A stretch of 6,799 bases of DNA from a virus. Taxonomy: Duplodnaviria > Heunggongvirae > Uroviricota > Caudoviricetes. Of this stretch, positions 1 through 4,308 are shown piece by piece (the stretch's first letter is position 1; every line of letters begins with the position of its first letter). Made by a program: the position numbers and the translations under genes. The stretch spans positions 1 through 6,799 of IMG/VR virus record IMGVR_UViG_2547132252_000010. One strand, given 5' to 3'. Under the pieces are notes generated by a model, which worked only from the letters and a program-made list of their open reading frames with translations, did not search any database and was not told where the DNA came from.

Positions 1-34
1 CCCGGGTTTCCTGGAGAGTGTTTTATCTGTGAAC

Positions 35-924
35 TCAGGCTGCCAGATCATCGTTTCCGATGGAAGCATAATAAGCTTTTTCTGCTTCTGCCGGAGGAGT
101 ATGGCCCAGCCTTCCCAGCAATCGTCGATTGTTATACCAGTCCACCCACGTTAGTGTGGCCAGTTCCACTTCTGCACGGTTTTTCCAGCTCTTACGGTGT
201 ATTACCTCCGCTTTGTAAAGACCATTGATGCTCTCAGCCATCGCGTTGTCATACGAGTCGCCTGTACTCCCTGTTGATGCCAGTAATCCGGCTTCTTTTA
301 GTCGCTCCGTATAGGCCAGTGACACATACTGAGAGCCTTTATCGCTGTGATGGATGGTGCCAGACGGACGACGGGCCCACAACGCCTGCTCCAGCGCATC
401 CAGCACGAATGTCGTTTCCATAGACGATGAGACCCGCCACCCCACGATGTATCCGGCAAACACATCAATGATAAACGCCACATAGACGAAGCCCTGCCAT
501 GTGCTGACGTAAGTAAAATCAGCCACCCACAGCTGGTCAGGTCGTTCTGCCACGAACTGACGGTTTACGCGGTCGCCTGCGGCAACGGCTTTCCGGCTGA
601 TGGTCGTACGGACCTTTTTACCCCGGAGAACACCGGCAAGTCCCATAACCGCCATGAGACGTGCCACTGTACATCTGGCCACCTGATTCCTTCCCGTAAC
701 AACTGACGCCAGACTTTACGCACACCGTACACCTGATGATTTTCATCGTATACGCGCTGTATCTCTCTCTTCAGCCAGTCGTCGTGCTGCGCACGGGCAC
801 TGCGTTTATCCGGATGATGTCGCTGTTGCTGACAATGGTAATACGTTGACGGGGCAATATGCAGTTCGCTGCATACCGGTCCGACCCCGTACTGCTCACG
901 CAGCTTATCCAGCAGTGGCATCAT
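35..924 (-). pseudogene. IS3-family transposase OrfB (DDE integrase core), frame-disrupted: N-terminal part 565..924 and C-terminal DDE part 35..682 are in different frames
   Basis: IS3-family OrfB is normally one ORF of about 290-300 aa. Here the N-terminal segment ([16 protein letters not shown]...RQLLREGIR) and the DDE catalytic segment (VARCTVARLMAV...WVADFTY...HHSDKGSQY...ESINGLYKAEV...) sit in different frames and overlap across 565-682. The switch maps to about 682-683, where the minus strand reads atc agg tgg cc; one extra G (atc agg gtg gcc) would give the continuous REGIRVARCTV reading. Confidence 0.65.
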
Positions 925-1247
925 TTTTTCCAGAGGCGGTCGAACTCCGCCTTCGCAAAATAAGCGGAAGCCTGGCGAAGGATATCGTTACTGCGGCGCA
1001 GTTCACGATTTTCACGTTCCAGCTCTTTCAGACGCTGACGTTCAGCGCTGGTGAGCCCACCATCACCGCCCCCGGTATCCCGCTCATGCTGGCGAACCCA
1101 GACACGCAGAGTCTCCGGCGTACAGCCAATCTTTGGGGCAATGGAACAAATTGCCGCCCACTGTGAGTCATATTCATCCTGACTTTCCAGAACCATACGA
1201 ATCGCCCGCTGACGGACTTCGGGGGAAAAACGAGTATTTTTAGTCAT
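921..1247 (-). CDS. IS3-family transposase OrfA (HTH DNA-binding subunit), 108 aa
   Basis: [33 protein letters not shown]...[36 protein letters not shown] with an HTH followed by a leucine-zipper-like segment. Its stop overlaps the start of the orfB frame at a T6 run (plus-strand 924-929, A6 on the coding strand), the usual IS3-family -1 frameshift window. Confidence 0.9.
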   Translation of the reverse strand: MTKNTRFSPEVRQRAIRMVLESQDEYDSQWAAICSIAPKIGCTPETLRVWVRQHERDTGGGDGGLTSAERQRLKELERENRELRRSNDILRQASAYFAKAEFDRLWKK

Positions 1248-1339
1248 CCTGTTTACCTCTTTCTCAGGGAGTTTAGTCTCCAGGATTTCCGGGGCGGTTC
1301 ACACCAAGTCTGGCCGCGAATTTCTTAGCATCACCAACC

Positions 1340-1467
1340 CTTAATGATTTAATAAACTCTTTTAATGTCATACCTTCCTCGGTTTAGTGTTTTTTGCGAG
1401 TTTAGTGTTTAATAAACCATTAAGTCAAGTATTTGCTTGTTTAGTGATTACTAAAGATAATTACCAC
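1340..1467 (+). promoter_or_regulatory. Candidate promoter-operator region of the TA operon: five direct repeats of TTTA(G/A)TG(A/T) with about 20-bp spacing, plus a sigma70-like -35/-10 pair placing the transcript start at or next to the ATG (leaderless)
   Basis: Repeat copies start near 1340, 1361, 1383, 1401 and 1440; longer forms are TTAATGATTTAATAAACT (1341-1358) and TTTAGTGTTTAATAAACC (1401-1418). TTGCTT at 1433-1438, a 17-bp spacer and GATAAT at 1456-1461 fit a promoter, and there is no Shine-Dalgarno before the ATG at 1468. Promoter and operator roles are inferred. Confidence 0.4.
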
Positions 1468-1838
1468 ATGCAAAAAAAGAAATTCGCCGTTTACGTCTCA
1501 AGGAGTGGTTTAAAGATAAAACTCTGCCACCCAAAGAGAAGAGCTACCTATCTCAACTAATGAGTGGGAGAGCCTCGTTTGGAGAAAAGGCTGCCAGAAG
1601 AATAGAGCAAACATACGGGATGCCGGAAGGGTATCTGGATGCGGAATACGCAGAACAACCGGGGGGTTCTCCACCACATGCAGGGTTAACGTCTAATCAA
1701 CTGGAATTATTGCAGATTTTTTCAGCCTTCCCTGAGGATGAGCAACGCCAGATAATCAGCGAGTTAAAGCAGAAAAAAGAATCAATGGAAGATCTCATAG
1801 CGAGATGGATTGCGGCGCAAAAATGCCGCCGCGCCTGA
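1468..1838 (+). CDS. paaR2: HTH transcriptional regulator of the TA operon (PaaR-like), reading frame offset at an A7 tract; the longest clean ORF is 1560..1838 (92 aa), but the HTH-encoding codons extend upstream to 1461 with no in-frame start
   Basis: Frame 0 from 1461 encodes LPHAKKEIRRLRLKEWFKDKTLPPKEKSYLSQLMSGRASFGEKAARRIEQTYGMPEGYLD..., a Cro/CI-type HTH, but has no ATG, GTG or TTG before M at 1560. The only upstream ATG (1468, atgcaaaaaaag) is in the +1 frame and stops after 30 codons at 1558-1560. One extra A in the A7 run 1472-1478 would give a continuous protein MQKKEIRRLRLKEWF... of about 123 aa. The symbol is by synteny with the recognised antitoxin and toxin genes. Confidence 0.55.
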
Positions 1839-1858
1839 GTTATAAAACCGGAGGAAAC

Positions 1859-2050
1859 ATGAATAGAGCCCTTTCACCAATGGTTTCTGAATTTGAAACC
1901 ATTGAACAAGAAAACAGTTACAACGAATGGCTGCGTGCGAAAGTAGCAACGAGCCTTGCAGATCCGCGCCCAGCAATTCCCCATGACGAAGTTGAGCGCA
2001 GAATGGCAGAACGCTTTGCTAAGATGCGCAAGGAACGGAGCAAGCAGTAA
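1859..2050 (+). CDS. paaA2: Small antitoxin of a ParE-type three-component TA system (PaaA2-like), 63 aa
   Basis: ATG at 1859 preceded by GGAGGA (1850-1855). The product MNRALSPMVSEFETIEQENSYNEWLRAKVATSLADPRPAIPHDEVERRMAERFAKMRKERSKQ is small, charged and helical, and matches my recollection of PaaA2. Its stop (2048-2050) lies 1 nt before the toxin ATG. Confidence 0.75.
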   Translation: MNRALSPMVSEFETIEQENSYNEWLRAKVATSLADPRPAIPHDEVERRMAERFAKMRKERSKQ

Positions 2051-2051
2051 A

Positions 2052-2330
2052 ATGTTACCCGTGTTATGGCTTGAAAGCGCAGATACCGACCTAGATGATA
2101 TAACTAGTTATATTGCTCGTTTCGACATAGATGCGGCTGAACGCTTATGGCAGCGATTAAGGGGTTGTGTGCTGCCGTTATCCGAACATCCGTATTTATA
2201 CCCACCAAGCGACAGAGTACCTGGCTTGCGTGAGATTGTAGCCCACCCTAACTATATAATTCTATACCGCGTAACAACATCAAGCGTTGAAGTAGTAAAC
2301 GTGATCCACGCAAGACGCCAGTTTCCCTAA
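2052..2330 (+). CDS. parE2: ParE/RelE-superfamily toxin (ParE2-like), 92 aa
   Basis: MLPVLWLESADTDLDDITSYIARFDIDAAERLWQRLRGCVLPLSEHPYLYPPSDRVPGLREIVAHPNYIILYRVTTSSVEVVNVIHARRQFP has the ParE-family pattern (D-x-x-I-x-x-YIA, RE-[IL]-V, YIILYRV). The start at 2052 is tightly coupled to the antitoxin stop; the in-frame ATG at 1956 would overlap paaA2 by 95 nt and is rejected. Confidence 0.85.
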   Translation: MLPVLWLESADTDLDDITSYIARFDIDAAERLWQRLRGCVLPLSEHPYLYPPSDRVPGLREIVAHPNYIILYRVTTSSVEVVNVIHARRQFP

Positions 2331-2350
2331 CTTTCACTACCAATAGAAAC

Positions 2351-2393
2351 ATAACAACCGCAACGACTTTATCAAAAGCGTTGTGTTTGTTAT
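2351..2393 (+). terminator. Candidate intrinsic terminator after the TA operon: 15-bp A/U-rich stem (one mismatch, one G-U) with a 13-nt loop and U-rich 3' arm
   Basis: ataacaaccgcaacg (2351-2365) pairs with cgttgtgtttgttat (2379-2393), starting 21 nt after the parE2 stop. The stem is atypically long and AT-rich, so the call is weak. Confidence 0.3.
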
Positions 2394-2400
2394 GTCCCGC

Positions 2401-2441
2401 GGTTTAGTTTTTACTTGGCTTAAGTTTAATGTTTATTAAAC
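2401..2441. repeat. Paralogous second copy of the operator-like block found upstream of the regulator
   Basis: GGTTTAGTTTTTACTTGGCTTAAGTTTAATGTTTATTAAAC (2401-2441) aligns with GGTTTAGTGTTTTTTGCGAGTTTAGTGTTTAATAAAC (1381-1417), sharing the GGTTTAGT head and the TTTA(A/G)TGTTTA(A/T)TAAAC core. Confidence 0.45.
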
Positions 2442-2680
2442 TAAAAATACCAACCACCCCGCCCCACAGAACGCAGGGAAATACTTCGAGTTACCCGGCA
2501 GTGGTCAGGGGTTAAGTAGCCAGCCCGAGGCGTATGAACATGACGGCAGGGTTCAACTTTAATAACTATGCAGCAGTTTTTTGTTCCGCTACCCCGGCGT
2601 TAAGGGGAAACAGAGGGTTTCTCAGTGGGCGAAGTCAAACATCAGAATGGAAGGCATCCCGGGATCGGCAAAGAAGCAGC

Positions 2681-2711
2681 AATGGCGCTTTATATTGACA
2701 TCAGCGCCATT
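2681..2711 (-). terminator. Possible terminator hairpin downstream of the minus-strand zinc-ribbon gene
   Basis: Perfect 9-bp inverted repeat AATGGCGCT (2681-2689) and AGCGCCATT (2703-2711) with a 13-nt loop, about 50 nt past the stop at 2760-2762. On the minus strand it is followed by GCUGCUUCUUUG, only moderately U-rich, and the loop is large. Confidence 0.2.
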
Positions 2712-2759
2712 GCAGGACAGGTAAGAGTTATCAGAGCGGTAACTAAGCGGTATGCGCCT

Positions 2760-2960
2760 TTACTTCAGAAAGTCTCTGGTGAGTGCACCGAAGATATTGT
2801 CAACGATTTCGTCATCGAACTGCGAGGACTCATCTTCAGTTACAAGGTGACCACAATTTTTGCAGATGGCTCCCGCGAAACTGTCAGAGCCCTGCGGCTT
2901 AAAGGATGTGTCAAAGACTTCGCCACCACATTCTGGGCAAGAAAACTTGATTGTATTCAT
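2760..2960 (-). CDS. Small C4 zinc-ribbon protein with acidic C-terminal tail, 66 aa
   Basis: The minus-strand ATG at 2960 is preceded by AGGA with an 8-nt spacer (gagAGGAaattggttATG). The product MNTIKFSCPECGGEVFDTSFKPQGSDSFAGAICKNCGHLVTEDESSQFDDEIVDNIFGALTRDFLK has C-P-E-C and C-K-N-C pairs about 21 residues apart, then an acidic tail. The overlapping plus-strand ORF 2625..2981 has no ribosome-binding site and is taken as antisense noise. Confidence 0.6.
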   Translation of the reverse strand: MNTIKFSCPECGGEVFDTSFKPQGSDSFAGAICKNCGHLVTEDESSQFDDEIVDNIFGALTRDFLK

Positions 2961-3052
2961 AACCAATTTCCTCTCGAGTAACAGACCCCTCAGAGGATAC
3001 CACCTCGCCTGACGTGGTTAAAAGCAGGCAACGCTAACCACAAGGAGCCGAC

Positions 3053-3271
3053 ATGCAGAAACGAGAACCCGTCATCATCGCGCCAGACTATACCGATGAT
3101 GAACTTTATGAGTGGATGCACCAGAAAATTAATGCAGCGCAGGATCTGAAATGGGCCAATGAAGCCAGGGCTAAGCAGGCTGAAAATCTGTCCGCTCTGG
3201 AGCAGGATATCACCAATCTGGAAAAAGCAGCGGCATTAAGCATTGCCAGAATGATTACATACCCGCGTTAA
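3053..3271 (+). CDS. Hypothetical small protein, 72 aa, predicted helical/coiled-coil
   Basis: ATG at 3053 is preceded by AAGGAG (3042-3047) with a 5-nt spacer. The product is MQKREPVIIAPDYTDDELYEWMHQKINAAQDLKWANEARAKQAENLSALEQDITNLEKAAALSIARMITYPR. It is divergent from the zinc-ribbon gene across a 92-bp intergenic region; no family recognised. Confidence 0.55.
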   Translation: MQKREPVIIAPDYTDDELYEWMHQKINAAQDLKWANEARAKQAENLSALEQDITNLEKAAALSIARMITYPR

Positions 3272-3627
3272 TAGCTAACCAACGAAGCTAAGGTTGGTAA
3301 TTAAGGAGTTCTCCACGGGTGAGGTGGAGTGCGTGCGCCGGACACGGGTGAGCATACGGCACTGACAGTTTACTGAAAGGATATTTCCCTGAAAAGTCAG
3401 ACCATAACGCGAAAGCGCACGGCGAGGTAGCTGGTTCATAGATAGCCTGTCGTTAAATTTTCGTCGACCGTGCGCTTCCGGTTGTGGCAATCCGCGAAAT
3501 GGCGCGGCGGTAAGTATGGAGGGGTTATTCCTTCCCCCGTTGAGGACACCGGGTTGTCAGGTTGACCATACGCTTAAGTGACAACCCCGCTGCAACGCCC
3601 TCTGTTATCAATTTTCTGGTGACGTTT

Positions 3628-3670
3628 GGCGGTATCAGTTTTACTCCGTGACTGCTCTGCCGCCCTTTTT
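3628..3670 (+). terminator. Candidate intrinsic terminator: GC-rich 7-bp basal stem (GGCGGUA/UGCCGCC) plus apical 4-bp stem, followed by CUUUUUAAA
   Basis: GGCGGTA (3628-3634) pairs with TGCCGCC (3658-3664), and CAGT (3636-3639) with ACTG (3651-3654); a T5 run follows at 3666-3670. It lies about 400 nt after the stop of the 72-aa gene and just before the 19-bp inverted repeat. Confidence 0.35.
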
Positions 3671-3674
3671 AAAG

Positions 3675-3822
3675 TGAATTTTGTGATGCGGTGAATGCGG
3701 CTGAGCGCACGCGGAACAGTTAAAACCAAAAACAGTGTTATGGGGGGATTCTCTGTATCCGGCGTTAATTGTTAACTGGTTAACGTCACCTGGAGGCACC
3801 AGGCACCGCATCACAAAATTCA
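3675..3822. repeat. 148-bp segment bounded by perfect 19-bp inverted repeats (TGAATTTTGTGATGCGGTG at 3675-3693; reverse complement at 3804-3822)
   Basis: Direct reading: the arms are exact reverse complements and the match stops at both boundaries. The 110-bp interior holds three GTTAA(C) repeats (3766-3784, including GTTAACTGGTTAAC at 3771-3784) and a tandem GGCACCAGGCACC (3795-3807). The right arm ends 17 nt before the ATG at 3840 and 5 nt before its GAGGA ribosome-binding site. Confidence 0.7.
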
Positions 3823-3839
3823 TTGTTGAGGACGCGATA

Positions 3840-4028
3840 ATGGAAACGTTATTACCAAACGTTAATACGTCTGAAGGTTGTTTTGAAATTGGTGTCACTA
3901 TCAGTAACCCTGTATTTACTGAAGATGCCATTAACAAGAGAAAACACGAACGGGAGCTATTAAATAAAATATGCATTCTTTCAATGCTGGCCCGTTTACG
4001 TCCGATACAAAAAGGATGCTGGCAATGA
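3840..4028 (+). CDS. Hypothetical small protein, 62 aa
   Basis: ATG at 3840 is preceded by GAGGA (3828-3832) with a 7-nt spacer. The product is METLLPNVNTSEGCFEIGVTISNPVFTEDAINKRKHERELLNKICILSMLARLRPIQKGCWQ. Its TGA stop (4026-4028) overlaps the next ATG (4025-4027) as ATGA, implying translational coupling. The longer track ORF from 3735 has no ribosome-binding site and would run through the inverted-repeat arm. Confidence 0.45.
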   Translation: METLLPNVNTSEGCFEIGVTISNPVFTEDAINKRKHERELLNKICILSMLARLRPIQKGCWQ

Positions 4029-4216
4029 ATACAGCATTTGCACTTGTTCTGACAGTTTTTCTTGTTTCCGGAGAGCCAGTTGATATTGCAGTCAGTGTTC
4101 ACAGGACAATGCAGGAGTGTGTGACTGCAGCAACCGAACAGAAAATTCCCGGTAACTGTTACCCGGTCGATAAAGTTATTCACCAGGATAATAACGAAAT
4201 CCCGGCAGGTCTTTAA
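4025..4216 (+). CDS. Hypothetical small membrane-associated protein, 63 aa, hydrophobic N-terminal segment
   Basis: ATG at 4025 is preceded by AAGGA with an 8-nt spacer (aaaAAGGAtgctggcaATG). The product MNTAFALVLTVFLVSGEPVDIAVSVHRTMQECVTAATEQKIPGNCYPVDKVIHQDNNEIPAGL has an uncharged hydrophobic stretch at residues 3-16 (one transmembrane helix or atypical signal) and two Cys. The alternative start at 3971 lacks a properly spaced Shine-Dalgarno. Confidence 0.45.
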   Translation: MNTAFALVLTVFLVSGEPVDIAVSVHRTMQECVTAATEQKIPGNCYPVDKVIHQDNNEIPAGL

Positions 4217-4308
4217 AACAGTTCCGTAATAAACATCCGATTTCATTCTTATATGCCAGCAATGGCAGGGATTTGTTCACCCTTAAATCTGTAATGAGGT
4301 AAAACAAA

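Larger units (their letters stand above)
1..1301 (-). mobile_element. IS3-family insertion sequence, IS629-like (IS1203/IS3411 group); right inverted repeat truncated by the window edge (about 8 bp missing), left inverted repeat ends at 1301
   Basis: Window bases 1-16 (cccgggtttcctggag) are an imperfect inverted copy of 1278-1295 (terminal inverted repeats). The outer end at 1289-1301 is ccggggcggttca, i.e. TGAACCGCCCCGG on the minus strand, with the TG...CA-type terminus typical of IS3 family. Two overlapping transposase frames lie inside in orfA/orfB arrangement. The specific name IS629 rests on recalled OrfA/OrfB protein sequences, not a search. Confidence 0.85.

Noticed and set aside
298-483. 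61-aa minus-strand ORF in an alternative frame within orfB
   Set aside because: Internal alternative-frame ORF within the DDE domain coding region; no independent signals.
846-1166. 106-aa plus-strand ORF inside the IS element
   Set aside because: Antisense to transposase orfA/orfB; IS3-family elements are not known to encode a protein here; no ribosome-binding site.
1340-1450. CRISPR array, considered because of the short direct repeats
   Set aside because: The repeats are only 7-17 bp, AT-rich and degenerate with irregular spacing; there are no constant-length repeat-spacer units and no cas genes. An operator array fits better.
1805-1858. Upstream ATG at 1805 as the antitoxin start (81-aa version)
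   Set aside because: It would overlap the regulator gene by 34 nt and lacks a ribosome-binding site; the ATG at 1859 has a GGAGGA and gives the expected 63-aa antitoxin.
1782-1976. 64-aa minus-strand ORF antisense to the regulator/antitoxin junction
   Set aside because: Antisense to two well-supported genes with no start context.
1956-2051. Upstream ATG at 1956 as the toxin start (124-aa version)
   Set aside because: It would overlap the antitoxin by 95 nt in another frame; the ATG at 2052, 1 nt after the antitoxin stop, gives a 92-aa ParE-size protein.
2540-2562. tRNA-like GGTTCAA motif (possible T-loop), considered because lambdoid prophages often sit at tRNA genes
   Set aside because: No complementary T-stem or acceptor stem around it and no CCA context; an isolated motif only.
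2534-2698. Small plus-strand ORF (about 54 aa, MNMTAGFNFNNY...) downstream of the second operator copy
   Set aside because: The peptide has low-complexity composition with no recognisable fold, the GAGG is only 4 nt from the ATG, and it runs into the convergent gene's terminator region; not supportable.
2625-2981. 118-aa plus-strand ORF overlapping the zinc-ribbon gene
   Set aside because: It lies fully antisense to a better-supported minus-strand gene (ribosome-binding site, zinc-ribbon motif), has no Shine-Dalgarno, and its N-terminus runs through the candidate terminator hairpin; likely a shadow ORF.
3385-3400. CCCTGAAAAG resembling the loop of a lambda boxB (nut site)
   Set aside because: It lacks the flanking 5-bp GC stem that defines boxB and no boxA-like element is adjacent.
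3275-3490. 71-aa minus-strand ORF in the structured non-coding region
   Set aside because: Arg-rich, low-complexity product with no ribosome-binding site; the region is better explained by inverted repeats and RNA structure.
3971-4024. Upstream ATG at 3971 as the start of the 63-aa membrane protein (81-aa version)
   Set aside because: The nearest GGAG is 14 nt upstream, which is too far; the ATG at 4025 has AAGGA at 8-nt spacing and forms the ATGA overlap.
3641-4246. 201-aa minus-strand ORF spanning the inverted-repeat segment and both small plus-strand genes
   Set aside because: Cys/Asn/Phe-rich junk-like composition, no ribosome-binding site, antisense to two coupled ORFs that have proper signals.
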